Virus record (IMG/VR): IMGVR_UViG_3300025383_001098
DNA from: a virus
Direction: 5' to 3' (one strand)
DNA: 64,000 bases
Both the position numbers and the translations under genes were made by a program. Shown here piece after piece: positions 47,182 through 57,103 of this stretch. Numbering within the stretch: the stretch's first letter is position 1; every line of letters starts with the position of its first letter. The notes beneath the pieces are model-generated. The model was not told the DNA's origin, ran no database searches, and was given only the letters and a program-made list of their open reading frames with translations.

Positions 47182-49485
47182 ATGACGCAAATTCAAGTTA
47201 CAAAGAGAGAAGGACATAAAGAAGTCCTCGATTTAGAAAAACTACACAAGGTAGTTTTTTGGGCCACACAGGGTATTACTGGTGTCAGTGCCAGCGAAGT
47301 GGAAATAAAAAGTCACATACAGTTTTACAACGGAATCAAAACGGCCGACATTCAAGAAACATTGATCAAAAGTGCTGCAGATTTAATTTCAGAAGAAACA
47401 CCAAATTATCAATACGTAGCAGGTCGTTTAATTAACTACCATCTGCGTAAACAAGTTTATCATGATTATCAACCATGGCCTTTGCTACAGTTAGTTAAAC
47501 GTAATGTAGCCAATGGATTTTATGACCGTGGATTGTTGGAAGCCTACTCCGAAGACGAGTGGGATCAATTAGATCATAAGATTGATCACAGCCGAGATGA
47601 GAACTTTACCTATGTTGCCATGGAACAATGGCGCGGTAAGTATCTTGTACAAAACCGTGTTAGCGGAGAAATCTATGAAACACCGCAAATAGCCTATATG
47701 CTTATTGCGGCAACACTATTTCAATCATATCCAAAAGACACAAGATTAAAATGGATATCAGATTATTATGATGCAATTAGTCTTGGAGACATTAGCCTTC
47801 CTACCCCTGTCATGGCTGGTGTACGCACTCCTCAGAAACAATTCAGTTCCTGCGTTCTCATTGAAACAGATGACAGTCTTGACAGTATTAACGCTACTGC
47901 TTCTTCTATTGTCAAGTACGTATCACAAAAAGCCGGCATCGGTATCGGTGCAGGCCGCATCCGTGCATTGGGATCACCGATCCGTTCAGGCGATGCTTAC
48001 CACACAGGTGTAATCCCGTTCTACAAGCTATTCCAAAGTGCCACACGTTCATGTAGTCAAGGTGGTGTACGTAATGGTGCCGCAACACTTTATTATCCTA
48101 TCTGGCATTTAGAAATTGAAGACCTTATTGTGTTGAAGAACAACAAAGGTACCGAGGATAATCGTGTACGTCACATGGATTATGGAGTACAATTCAATAA
48201 GTTAATGTATGAAAGATTAATCACAGGTGGCGATATTACCTGTTTTAGTCCTCACGATGTGCCTGAAATGTTTGATGCTTTCTTTGCAGATCAAGACAAG
48301 TTCAAAGAGTTATATGAACGTGCCGAACGCAATACCAAGTTGCGTAAAAAGACCTTCAAAGCCGCAGAATTGTTTAGTCGCTTTATGCAAGAACGCAAAG
48401 ATACAGGACGTATCTATTTGCAAAACGTGGACCATGCCAATACGCACAGTCCATTTGATGAAAGTGTAGCACCCGTAAAGATGTCAAACCTTTGTTGTGA
48501 AATTGATTTACCAACAGTTCCACTCAATGATGTCAACGACGAAGATGGTAGGATCGCACTATGTACTTTAAGTGCGATCAATTGGGGCAATGTAAAAAGC
48601 CCACATGACTTCCAGAGACCCTGTGAACTGGCAGTACGTGGATTAGATGCTTTATTAAGCTATCAAGGTTATCCAATTAAGGCCGCTGAGTTAGCCACTA
48701 AAGAATTTCGTCCATTGGGAGTAGGCATCATTAACTTTGCGTATTTCTTGGCAAAGAATGATGTTAGTTATTCAGATCCACAAGCATTAGCATTAGTCGA
48801 CGAGTTTGCTGAAGCCTGGAGTTATTACTTGCTCAAAGCTTCAGCAGATCTCGCTGTTGAACAAGGCGCCTGTGGTCGTTGGCAAGATCTTAAATCAGCA
48901 CGTGGTATCTTACCAATTGATACACGTAAGGCAGAGATTGATGAATTAGTTCCTCATCAAGAGCGTATGCCTTGGGCAGAGTTACGTGAACAAACCAAAG
49001 CCACTGGTCAGCGTAATGCTACCCTAATGGCTCTGATGCCAGCAGAAACTTCAGCGCAGATTGCTAACGCAACAAACGGCATTGAGCCCCCACGTAATTA
49101 TGTTAGTATTAAACAAAGTAAGCATGGTGTTCTTAAACAAGTAGTTCCTGAATATCGCCGCCTTAAAAACAAATACGAACTATTGTGGGATCAAAAATCA
49201 CCAGAGGGTTACCTAAAACTCTGTGCCGTCCTACAAAAATACATTGATCAAGGCATCAGTGTTAATACTTCTTACAATCCACGTTTTTATGCGGATGAAA
49301 AAATTCCAATGAGCGATATGCTCAAAGATGTTATACAGTTTTATAAGTATGGTGGTAAACAGTTGTACTATTTTAACACCAACGATGGTCAAGGTGAAAT
49401 CGATATAGAAAAATTGTCTGCTCAACAAACTGAACCAGAACAAACAACAGTAGATGATGCTGATTGTGATAGTTGCGTAATTTAA
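47182..49485 (+). CDS. nrdA: ribonucleotide reductase class Ia alpha subunit
   Basis: ATP cone VTKREG; QFSSC; SNLCCEI; LCTL; MPAETS; C-terminal CDSC. Confidence 0.98.
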   Translation: MTQIQVTKREGHKEVLDLEKLHKVVFWATQGITGVSASEVEIKSHIQFYNGIKTADIQETLIKSAADLISEETPNYQYVAGRLINYHLRKQVYHDYQPWPLLQLVKRNVANGFYDRGLLEAYSEDEWDQLDHKIDHSRDENFTYVAMEQWRGKYLVQNRVSGEIYETPQIAYMLIAATLFQSYPKDTRLKWISDYYDAISLGDISLPTPVMAGVRTPQKQFSSCVLIETDDSLDSINATASSIVKYVSQKAGIGIGAGRIRALGSPIRSGDAYHTGVIPFYKLFQSATRSCSQGGVRNGAATLYYPIWHLEIEDLIVLKNNKGTEDNRVRHMDYGVQFNKLMYERLITGGDITCFSPHDVPEMFDAFFADQDKFKELYERAERNTKLRKKTFKAAELFSRFMQERKDTGRIYLQNVDHANTHSPFDESVAPVKMSNLCCEIDLPTVPLNDVNDEDGRIALCTLSAINWGNVKSPHDFQRPCELAVRGLDALLSYQGYPIKAAELATKEFRPLGVGIINFAYFLAKNDVSYSDPQALALVDEFAEAWSYYLLKASADLAVEQGACGRWQDLKSARGILPIDTRKAEIDELVPHQERMPWAELREQTKATGQRNATLMALMPAETSAQIANATNGIEPPRNYVSIKQSKHGVLKQVVPEYRRLKNKYELLWDQKSPEGYLKLCAVLQKYIDQGISVNTSYNPRFYADEKIPMSDMLKDVIQFYKYGGKQLYYFNTNDGQGEIDIEKLSAQQTEPEQTTVDDADCDSCVI

Positions 49486-49495
49486 GGAAAGTAAA

Positions 49496-50623
49496 ATGAG
49501 CGTATTCAATATTCGTAAAACCGATCACACCCAGTCTTTAGCATTTTTAGACACAAACGGAACCCCCGCTATTCAACGTTATGACGTACTAAAGTATCGT
49601 CAATTTGACAAGTTGACAGACAAACAGTTGGGATTCTTTTGGCGTCCAGAGGAAGTAGATGTACTTCGTGATGCTAAAGATTTTAAAGAATTAACTGACT
49701 TTGAAAAGCATATCTTTACCAGTAACTTAAAGCGTCAAATCCTATTAGACTCTGTGCAAGGTCGTAGTCCTAACTTGGCTTTCTTGCCTCTTGCTACGAT
49801 TCCCGAATTAGAAACATGGATTGAGACTTGGGCCTTTAACGAAACGATTCATTCTCGTAGTTATACACATATTATCCGTAACGTATACAGTAACCCCAGC
49901 GAAGTATTTGACGAACTAATGGACTTAGATGAAATCGTTGCCTGTGCCGGAGATATCAGCAAGTATTACGATTCATTGATTGAGGGCGCAGGTTGGTTCC
50001 GTATGTTGGGGTATGGTACCCACTCAGTCAACGGCAAAGAAATTGTAGTTGATCCTTATCAACTTAAACGTAAGTTGTGGTTATGCTTGAATAGTGTAAA
50101 CGCATTAGAAGGCATTCGTTTTTATGTTAGCTTTGCTTGCTCATGGGCATTTGCAGAGTTGAAAAAGATGGAAGGTAATGCTAAAATTATTAAACTAATT
50201 GCACGTGACGAAAACGTACACTTAGGATCTACACAGACCCTGCTCAAATTACTTCCGCAAGACGATCCAGACTATGTTACAATCAAGGCCGAAACCAAGG
50301 TTGAGTGTGAACAGATGTTCCTGGCAGCTGCGGCACAAGAAAAAGCCTGGGCCAAGTATTTGTTCAAAGATGGATCAATGATTGGTCTTAACGAAGTATT
50401 GTTAAGTCAATATATTGATTGGCTAACCTGTAAACGTATGACAGCAGTAGGATTAGACTGCGGTATGAAACCCGGTGCAAGCAATCCGTTACCATGGACA
50501 CAAAAATGGATCGCCGGGGCAGATGTACAAGTAGCACCACAAGAAACAGAAATTACCACTTATGTAATTGGTGGTACAAAACAAGACGTTGACCAAGATA
50601 CATTTAAAGGATTTAGTTTATGA
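49496..50623 (+). CDS. nrdB: ribonucleotide reductase class Ia beta subunit
   Basis: FFWRPEE; ETIHSRSY; EGIRFY; RDENVH; APQETE. Confidence 0.98.
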   Translation: MSVFNIRKTDHTQSLAFLDTNGTPAIQRYDVLKYRQFDKLTDKQLGFFWRPEEVDVLRDAKDFKELTDFEKHIFTSNLKRQILLDSVQGRSPNLAFLPLATIPELETWIETWAFNETIHSRSYTHIIRNVYSNPSEVFDELMDLDEIVACAGDISKYYDSLIEGAGWFRMLGYGTHSVNGKEIVVDPYQLKRKLWLCLNSVNALEGIRFYVSFACSWAFAELKKMEGNAKIIKLIARDENVHLGSTQTLLKLLPQDDPDYVTIKAETKVECEQMFLAAAAQEKAWAKYLFKDGSMIGLNEVLLSQYIDWLTCKRMTAVGLDCGMKPGASNPLPWTQKWIAGADVQVAPQETEITTYVIGGTKQDVDQDTFKGFSL

Positions 50624-50865
50624 TTACAGTATATTCAAAAAACAACTGCCCTTTTTGCGTTCAAGCAAAAAGCCTACTACAATTAAAAGGCGTTGAATTT
50701 GAAGAAGTAAAAATTGACGAAAGCTCAGAAGCACGTGAATTTGTTGTAGGTGAAGGACATAGAACTGTGCCGCAGATCTATAAAGATGGTAAACTATTAG
50801 TCGAAGGTGGCTTTCAAGGTCTCAAACGACAGTCAGAAGAATTTTTCGAACAACTAAAAGGTTAA
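50620..50865 (+). CDS. glutaredoxin
   Basis: CPFC; TVPQI; GG. Confidence 0.92.
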   Translation: MITVYSKNNCPFCVQAKSLLQLKGVEFEEVKIDESSEAREFVVGEGHRTVPQIYKDGKLLVEGGFQGLKRQSEEFFEQLKG

Positions 50866-50866
50866 T

Positions 50867-51178
50867 ATGTTAATTTCAAAATCAAAAATCTCCGACGGAG
50901 ACATTGCATCATTCAAGTTAAACAACGGGGACGAGCTCGTTGCTAAAATTGTAAGCCAAACAGACACTACTTATACACTGAGTAAACCATGTACAGTAGT
51001 TCCTGGACAAAAAGGTATTGGACTTATGCAGAGTATGTTTAGTATCGATCCAGATGGCGAAGTTGAACTAAGTAAACAACATATAATGATCACAGCGCCG
51101 ACTATTAAGCCAATGCAAGATCACTATATACAAGTAACTACAGGAATCCAAACTGCACCCAGTGGGATCATAACATAA
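50867..51178 (+). CDS. hypothetical phage protein
   Basis: FKLNNGDELVA; Y...TTGI. Confidence 0.7.
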   Translation: MLISKSKISDGDIASFKLNNGDELVAKIVSQTDTTYTLSKPCTVVPGQKGIGLMQSMFSIDPDGEVELSKQHIMITAPTIKPMQDHYIQVTTGIQTAPSGIIT

Positions 51179-51474
51179 TGCCAGAAGCTGCCAGAATCAA
51201 TGATGTAGACAATAGCGACGGACACCTCGAAAGTGCTGGAGCAACAACGGTTAAAATAAACGGACAATTGGCAGCATTAGTTGGCACAGTGGATCGTAGT
51301 CATGCCCCTTATCCAAGACGACATTCAAATCCACATCCACCACATCAAGCGGCCACTATCAGTCAAGGCAGTAGCACGGTTAGAATTGAAGGCAAATTTG
51401 CTGCACGTAAGGGCGATCCTTTGACCTGCAACCATGTGGTTAATCAAGGCAGTCCCGACGTTAATATCGGATAA
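51178..51474 (+). CDS. PAAR-repeat spike tip protein
   Basis: EAARIND; LAALVG; FAARKGD; His/Cys metal ligands. Confidence 0.9.
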   Translation: MPEAARINDVDNSDGHLESAGATTVKINGQLAALVGTVDRSHAPYPRRHSNPHPPHQAATISQGSSTVRIEGKFAARKGDPLTCNHVVNQGSPDVNIG

Positions 51475-51529
51475 AAATAATAGTAGTAGTTTATTTTTGC
51501 CTTAAATACACAATAAGGCAAAATTTCAA

Positions 51530-53131
51530 ATGGCACTTACTCCAACAACACTAATAGCAATAGCCGGACTTAGCCAAGGAACCGGACTTGCAATCAATTC
51601 AAATATGACTTCGGCTATGAGCCAAGTTGTTAATAGTTCTATAGTTACAACTATTGCTAATCTTCGTGTAGCACCAAACATTGGAAACGTCGTTGGCTTG
51701 ACCGACACTATTAATAGTTTACCATATTTTATTAATAACTCTGCGTCAGTGGTGTCCACGGTTACTACACATGCCCAAGGAATCCTCCCAGAGACATCGG
51801 TGCTGGGTCTTAAAGATTTTATTTTGTTGTTTAATAGTGTTGCCAGCTTTGTTGCTACAAACGCCGAAGTAGCGTCAGCATTGGCTGAATACAAAAATGA
51901 AACATTTGGTAACTTAGGCATTGGTGTAACAAATTACAATCAGGTTATTACCAGCGGAGTTCCAAACAATTTAATTGCTGTTGGTCCATATCTAAAAAAC
52001 TTTGGCATACTTTACGACTTTACAGATCTAACTACCGTAGGTACTCCGCAGAGCCTTGTAATGGGACTACAAGCTGCCGGGTTTGGGGATACCTTGGGAA
52101 TTAATCGTACCATTGTGTCATCTGGATACGATCCAACGATGGTAAAGAATATCCCTTCTTCGGTATTAACCGCAATATTAACAAATGTCAGCGGAAGTAA
52201 TTTAATCAACGCCGTCGCTTTATCACACTCAACACCAGTTAAGACTGTAAACAATGCTGCTGAACTATTATTAATAGAAACATTTATACCACAAGATGTT
52301 GTTGAAACTTTAGGGCTATCGGCTGTTGGGTCAGACGGACTTAAACAGTTGGCCAACAAATTATTAAATTTAGGAGTCCAGGGTGACAACTATAAGTTAG
52401 GCAATTTTTTAGCCAACGTTGAAAATCCTTCGTTGACACATCTTGGTACACTGACTTCGGTAATTCCAGCTACGGTGGCTTCAACAATAGGATCAACAAT
52501 TGGAACCGGAGTAGGCCCGTTTGGCAATCCTCTCATACAAGATCTCATTGGTACTGTAGCAGGACTTGGGCACAATGACAATTTTACCACAGTAGTTAAC
52601 AGTATCAACACGATCCAGGGTAATACGCTGGGTGCTTATTTAATTGCCAATGCCGCAACATTATCATCGGCGATTGCAGCAGCCACAGACCCAGGATCAG
52701 ACCCAGCAACACTTGCTGCCAACATAGCATTTTTTAATTCTGTACAAAACTTTAATTTGGCCATTGCAGGTACATCACCATTTGCAACCGCAACCACCAA
52801 TGCCAACCAATCATTAACAAAATCATTAAGTCAGGTAGCCACAGAAAATTCAAATCTATCAAGAGCCAGTATCAGTCTTTACAGTGGCACAACAACCGAC
52901 GGAGTTGGATCTTCGGACTTTATGTCATTTGGTCGCAGGTTACATGACTTTGGTGTCGACGGATCTCAATTAGGTTACAACATTATATTAGAAAATATTG
53001 TAACAGATGATCAAGCCGGTGACGCCATTCGCGCCTGTTTAGCCGAGGGCAGAAATCTTGCCAACAGCCAAAAAAATGGTAAAACCACTCCACACGTGGC
53101 TAACTATTATCAATCTTTAAAAACAGTTTAG
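51530..53131 (+). CDS. virion structural protein (baseplate/tail)
   Basis: late TAAATA; S/T/N/G-rich; follows PAAR. Confidence 0.6.
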   Translation: MALTPTTLIAIAGLSQGTGLAINSNMTSAMSQVVNSSIVTTIANLRVAPNIGNVVGLTDTINSLPYFINNSASVVSTVTTHAQGILPETSVLGLKDFILLFNSVASFVATNAEVASALAEYKNETFGNLGIGVTNYNQVITSGVPNNLIAVGPYLKNFGILYDFTDLTTVGTPQSLVMGLQAAGFGDTLGINRTIVSSGYDPTMVKNIPSSVLTAILTNVSGSNLINAVALSHSTPVKTVNNAAELLLIETFIPQDVVETLGLSAVGSDGLKQLANKLLNLGVQGDNYKLGNFLANVENPSLTHLGTLTSVIPATVASTIGSTIGTGVGPFGNPLIQDLIGTVAGLGHNDNFTTVVNSINTIQGNTLGAYLIANAATLSSAIAAATDPGSDPATLAANIAFFNSVQNFNLAIAGTSPFATATTNANQSLTKSLSQVATENSNLSRASISLYSGTTTDGVGSSDFMSFGRRLHDFGVDGSQLGYNIILENIVTDDQAGDAIRACLAEGRNLANSQKNGKTTPHVANYYQSLKTV

Positions 53132-53281
53132 AGCAAATATAACCCTATTTAATCTTGATTTTTCTGGATAAAATATGTATAATAGTATCATATAAACAGT
53201 TATAGCAGTCTATATCTCAAAATCTACATGGTTATATAAACTTAGCACCTTAAAAAAGTGCGACAACCAAAGGAGGACAGT

Positions 53282-53995
53282 ATGAGAACGATATTTTTAT
53301 CTATCGTAGCAATATTAGCCCTGACCGTAATGGCACCCGGTCATGCAGAAGAAGTACAACAAAACTTTATTACAAAAGTTGACGCAGTAGAATCGCAATC
53401 AATGTATGAGCGATTAGCAACAGGAACAAGGGATAAGTTAGATTCCTTAGTTCAAATTATTACAACACCTTGGATCGATTTTTCAGTATCCAGCAAAGAC
53501 GAAGATTGCCTGGCACGGAACATATTCTATGAAGCCGGCAGTGAAAGCGAAGAAGGCAAAGCCGCTGTCGCAATCGTCACAATCAATCGTGTTAAAGACG
53601 GACGTTTTGACAAGTCAATTTGCGGAGTTGTCAACCAACGCACAGTATTTGTTCGTCAACGTGAACTACAGAAAACAGAAATGGTAGCTGCTGGTTTTTT
53701 TGGCCGTCCAGAACCTGTAGTAAAAAAAGAAATAGTTATGCAATCTATCCCTGTTTGTCAATTTAGTTGGGTCTGCGCTTTTATGCGTAAACCCGGTAAA
53801 GAAGATGAACGTTGGCAAGAAAGTCAACGCATAGCACATGAAGTGTTAAACGAAGGCTATGCAGAATACCGCATGAAGTTTGCTGACGCACTATACTTTC
53901 ATGCCGCGGGTATACGTCCCAGCTGGGCACAAAGCAAGAAGTTTGTTGCTCGGGTAGGCGGACATAAATTTTACTCAGACCCATCAAAGATCTAA
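53282..53995 (+). CDS. cell wall hydrolase, SleB/Hydrolase_2 family
   Basis: signal peptide; CLARNIFYEAGSE; VTINRV; ICGVV; CQFSW; LYFHA; GGHKFY; AGGAGG SD. Confidence 0.9.
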   Translation: MRTIFLSIVAILALTVMAPGHAEEVQQNFITKVDAVESQSMYERLATGTRDKLDSLVQIITTPWIDFSVSSKDEDCLARNIFYEAGSESEEGKAAVAIVTINRVKDGRFDKSICGVVNQRTVFVRQRELQKTEMVAAGFFGRPEPVVKKEIVMQSIPVCQFSWVCAFMRKPGKEDERWQESQRIAHEVLNEGYAEYRMKFADALYFHAAGIRPSWAQSKKFVARVGGHKFYSDPSKI

Positions 53996-54649
53996 ATGTT
54001 TTTTCCAGCCCTTGAGCGTTTACGGAGTATTGCTGTTAGACACAGTGGTAAACGGTATACGCCCGAGGGTTTAACACATTTAATCCGTATGCAGTTTCGT
54101 GATCCTAACTTGGTCTTTAACACCGAGCGAGACAGTCGTGTGGAACCAGGTAACTTTTGGATCAAGGGTGAGTATCGTCCTGCCGACGACGAAAATAACG
54201 ATCCCTGTATCTATATCACTTTAACTTATCCTAAAAAAGAACGAGTTAGTTATATTGATAAAACTGACTGGCATAATATGGGTTTTCATATAGCAGATGT
54301 CTTGACACACGAGTACCTTCACCAGTATTATTGTAGACGTAGAGGATACCGACATGGTCGTGGCTATCGTTCAAAAACTACATTACGATATTCGGAAACA
54401 ATGCAAGATTATCTCGGATGTGAAGATGAAATTTTAGCACATGGTTTTAATGTAGCAAGCGAAATGGTAGTGTACAATCGACCAATGGAACGTACAGCAA
54501 CATATCGAAACTATAAGAAACATTTTAAACGAGATCTTAAAGTATTACTACAATTAAAAAAACAAGCGAATAAGTATATTAAACAACTGGAGCATTCAAA
54601 TGACAAAACCAGCAGCAACTCAAGAACAAGTAGTAGAAGATGTGTATGA
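53996..54649 (+). CDS. HExxH zincin-like hypothetical protein
   Basis: LTHEYLHQ; YL...DEILA. Confidence 0.6.
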   Translation: MFFPALERLRSIAVRHSGKRYTPEGLTHLIRMQFRDPNLVFNTERDSRVEPGNFWIKGEYRPADDENNDPCIYITLTYPKKERVSYIDKTDWHNMGFHIADVLTHEYLHQYYCRRRGYRHGRGYRSKTTLRYSETMQDYLGCEDEILAHGFNVASEMVVYNRPMERTATYRNYKKHFKRDLKVLLQLKKQANKYIKQLEHSNDKTSSNSRTSSRRCV

Positions 54650-54821
54650 TACAGAAATCAGCGACGAGGACTATGGTTTTGTACTTGGCCCAGACGGCGA
54701 GTTAAAATCAGTATTTTTACCAGATTCAATGCCGTTTAAAACTCCTAAAAAAGTACAGCGTATTTTAAAGATGTTTGGGATTATGGACCCGCATCAATTA
54801 GACGACGGTACGCTACACTAA
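54600..54821 (+). CDS. hypothetical protein
   Basis: GGAG SD; acidic 73 aa. Confidence 0.7.
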   Translation: MTKPAATQEQVVEDVYDTEISDEDYGFVLGPDGELKSVFLPDSMPFKTPKKVQRILKMFGIMDPHQLDDGTLH

Positions 54822-54823
54822 TC

Positions 54824-54841
54824 TGTTGCGAAAATACAACA
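54824..54841. promoter_or_regulatory. TGTTG-N8-CAACA palindrome (second copy)
   Basis: TGTTGCGAAAATACAACA upstream of an early promoter. Confidence 0.55.
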
Positions 54842-54843
54842 CC

Positions 54844-54871
54844 AAAAACCCCCAAAATTAGGGGGTTTTTT
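54844..54871 (+). terminator. intrinsic terminator (possibly bidirectional)
   Basis: AAAAACCCCC-AAAATTA-GGGGGTTTTTT. Confidence 0.8.
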
Positions 54872-54887
54872 ACGCCTAAAATTTCGG

Positions 54888-54916
54888 TTGACCCAAAATT
54901 CGCTCTCCTATATAAT
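54888..54916 (+). promoter_or_regulatory. early sigma70-type promoter
   Basis: TTGACC-17 nt-TATAAT. Confidence 0.85.
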
Positions 54917-54946
54917 GTATGTATAGTGATTAATAAGGAGCAAAAA

Positions 54947-55210
54947 ATGGTTGGATTAACAATAGTTGAAGGTGATACAATTCGTGCATACGACTTCAAG
55001 CCAATGTTAGGTCGTGAAGACTGTTTTATCGAAGGTCGTGTAGTTGATGCCCACAATACTGAATTGGGGTATCAAGCCTACAAAATTGTAGTTACCAAAG
55101 ACTCCTGGTCAGACAGTGAAGACAAGGGTCGTGTTGGTATCGAAATGTTTGTGCCTTGGCGTGTCGATTTTAGCGAGTTCCAAGGTCGTGTAATGAATTT
55201 GTCAAGATAA
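54947..55210 (+). CDS. hypothetical early protein
   Basis: AAGGAG SD before ATG 54947. Confidence 0.75.
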   Translation: MVGLTIVEGDTIRAYDFKPMLGREDCFIEGRVVDAHNTELGYQAYKIVVTKDSWSDSEDKGRVGIEMFVPWRVDFSEFQGRVMNLSR

Positions 55211-55219
55211 GGAGTAATT

Positions 55220-55471
55220 ATGTTGGTAGAAGATAAATTTTGCTTTATTGAGTTTAACGGCGTCAAATACGATAGCCGTCACGGTGGTCCGTTTGATCGT
55301 GGATCTGCTGACTCGTGGTATAGTCGTCCACGTGATCCACACTTCTACTTAGGCGACAGTTATAGTAGTCGAGAAGTTGGTCGTGATTTGATGACTAAAG
55401 ATCAAATCGATGCTTACCTTGCTGGTTACGACTACAACGAACAGCACGGTGGTAAAAAGGACTGGGATTAA
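55220..55471 (+). CDS. hypothetical early protein
   Basis: AAGGAG SD; RHGGPFDRGSADSWY. Confidence 0.75.
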   Translation: MLVEDKFCFIEFNGVKYDSRHGGPFDRGSADSWYSRPRDPHFYLGDSYSSREVGRDLMTKDQIDAYLAGYDYNEQHGGKKDWD

Positions 55472-55803
55472 TGAGTAATGTATTTTTGCTCAGTTGGGAC
55501 TGCAATGGTGTTGAAGCAGTTATTGACATGTCTAACTACGAAAAAGAAACCGTGTGGGCAGTTTTACAAGAAGTTGACCCACCGGCAAGACTTGGTAGCA
55601 TAGTTCAACATTTGATTCTTCGTGCTCGTGCCAATCCACAGCGTCATTATGAAATTTATACCATGCAGGTTGAATCGGGTATTACCGAAGAAGATGTTCG
55701 CGAAATGTTTGACAACGATCCACAGGGTTCGGCGGATTTAATACGCGAACGTGGAAATCGAATTTACAGCGATAGAATTACAGAACCAGCAAAGATAGTA
55801 TAA
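55471..55803 (+). CDS. hypothetical early protein
   Basis: TAATG coupling. Confidence 0.75.
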   Translation: MSNVFLLSWDCNGVEAVIDMSNYEKETVWAVLQEVDPPARLGSIVQHLILRARANPQRHYEIYTMQVESGITEEDVREMFDNDPQGSADLIRERGNRIYSDRITEPAKIV

Positions 55804-56081
55804 TGTACACTTATCATCCTAAAAATACCAACGTATCAGATGCCCTGAAAGTAGAAGCATTTATCGGTGGATATTCCGAGTTATACAATGCTGTCAGTGT
55901 CAACCCCAATCTGCGTATGATACCCATTGAGTATGTTGACGGAGTTAGAGCAGGCCTAAAACAATTGGGCTATCAAGTGCGTATTCGTTATCGCGGCCCA
56001 CACGCCCAACAACGTGATACACATAAATCAGATGCCCGTGCTTTTACAGTTTATTTCAAGGAACAAAATGGAAAAAAATAA
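55803..56081 (+). CDS. hypothetical early protein
   Basis: TAATG coupling; RIRYRGP. Confidence 0.7.
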   Translation: MYTYHPKNTNVSDALKVEAFIGGYSELYNAVSVNPNLRMIPIEYVDGVRAGLKQLGYQVRIRYRGPHAQQRDTHKSDARAFTVYFKEQNGKK

Positions 56082-56250
56082 CAGAATTAACGTATTGCGT
56101 TATACACTTACTCGGGACCAAATTGGTACTTTTGTCAATGGTCTACACGAAATACAGGCTGATATGATTGAAGCTACTGTAGCCGCAAAAGAAGCTCGCG
56201 GTTTTCCCGAAGCAAACGAAGTTATTCGACATATTATGGGACTAAAATAA
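56068..56250 (+). CDS. hypothetical early protein
   Basis: AAGGA SD before ATG 56068. Confidence 0.65.
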   Translation: MEKNNRINVLRYTLTRDQIGTFVNGLHEIQADMIEATVAAKEARGFPEANEVIRHIMGLK

Positions 56251-56429
56251 TGGCTTTTGAAACTTGGCTAACTGAAGAAGATACAGAACGTCTATGGGCG
56301 GTAGTTGAAGGCAATTTACCTGACTATGCGGCTACTACAGCAGAACTTGAAGAATTTGAACGATTGGTTACTCATGCTGCTATGATTAAAATAGCCGGGG
56401 AAAACTATCAAGCCCAGACTATACACTAA
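56250..56429 (+). CDS. small hypothetical protein (59 aa), absent from ORF track
   Basis: TAATG coupling; MAFETWLTEEDTERLWAVVEG...AQTIH. Confidence 0.65.
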   Translation: MAFETWLTEEDTERLWAVVEGNLPDYAATTAELEEFERLVTHAAMIKIAGENYQAQTIH

Positions 56430-56450
56430 TTAAAATTTACCTACAATATC

Positions 56451-56473
56451 AAGCCCGCCCAGTGCGGGCTTTT
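56451..56473 (+). terminator. intrinsic terminator
   Basis: AAGCCCGC-CCAGT-GCGGGCTTTT. Confidence 0.85.
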
Positions 56474-56497
56474 CCTTTTGTGTATAAATACTACATT

Positions 56498-56728
56498 ATG
56501 TCAGCTAACGGAATCAGTCATCTAAGTACCAAACAAGCACGTCAAGCCGCCAAATTGGCCTTGGCCGCTACTAATAGAGCCGCATCTGCTGCCCGTGCTG
56601 GTAGTACACCAGTGGCAGATGATAGATATACAGCAGACACCACAGAATTGCCCACAACATATACCGGTAATGCTGTGACCAAACAAAATCATGTAGGGGG
56701 TCTTGTAAAAGGCCGCCCTTGGAAGTAA
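56498..56728 (+). CDS. small late protein
   Basis: TATAAATA (56483-56490) 7 nt before ATG; MSANGISHL...GLVKGRPWK. Confidence 0.75.
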   Translation: MSANGISHLSTKQARQAAKLALAATNRAASAARAGSTPVADDRYTADTTELPTTYTGNAVTKQNHVGGLVKGRPWK

Positions 56729-56748
56729 ATATATAAACAGGACATATT

Positions 56749-57096
56749 ATGAACGCAAGTGAAATTCTACGCAAATTGGCAGATGTAATCGACAGCCAAG
56801 AAACAGGCAGTTCTAAACTTGTTGCTCAACAAGTTCCACATCAAGATCAATCGGCACAATTACATGCTGTTGAAATTGACAACCATGACCATACTGAATC
56901 AAATCTAATGGTTCCACCACTGCAACAAAAACTTGAACTGATGAAAAAGCTGGCTGGCGAAGATGAAAGTTGCAAAGAGTGCGGTTGCGAACCATGCGAG
57001 TGCGAGCCAGACGAACTATCAATCATGCGTCAAAACGCAGGAATTGCTCCAGCCATTATCGCTATAGCTGACGAAGACGAACCTTTTGAAGGGTAA
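56749..57096 (+). CDS. acidic late protein with CxxCxCxxCxC
   Basis: MNASEILRKLAD; MVPPLQQKLELMKK; CKECGCEPCEC. Confidence 0.7.
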   Translation: MNASEILRKLADVIDSQETGSSKLVAQQVPHQDQSAQLHAVEIDNHDHTESNLMVPPLQQKLELMKKLAGEDESCKECGCEPCECEPDELSIMRQNAGIAPAIIAIADEDEPFEG

Positions 57097-57103
57097 GTCT
57101 TAG

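Noticed and set aside
47182-50623. Introns, inteins or homing endonucleases in nrdA/nrdB
   Set aside because: Both ORFs are uninterrupted and of normal length
53242-53263. CIRCE-like TTAGCAC...GTGCGA upstream of the SleB-type gene
   Set aside because: Arms and spacing do not fit TTAGCACTC-N9-GAGTGCTAA, and the gene is not a chaperone
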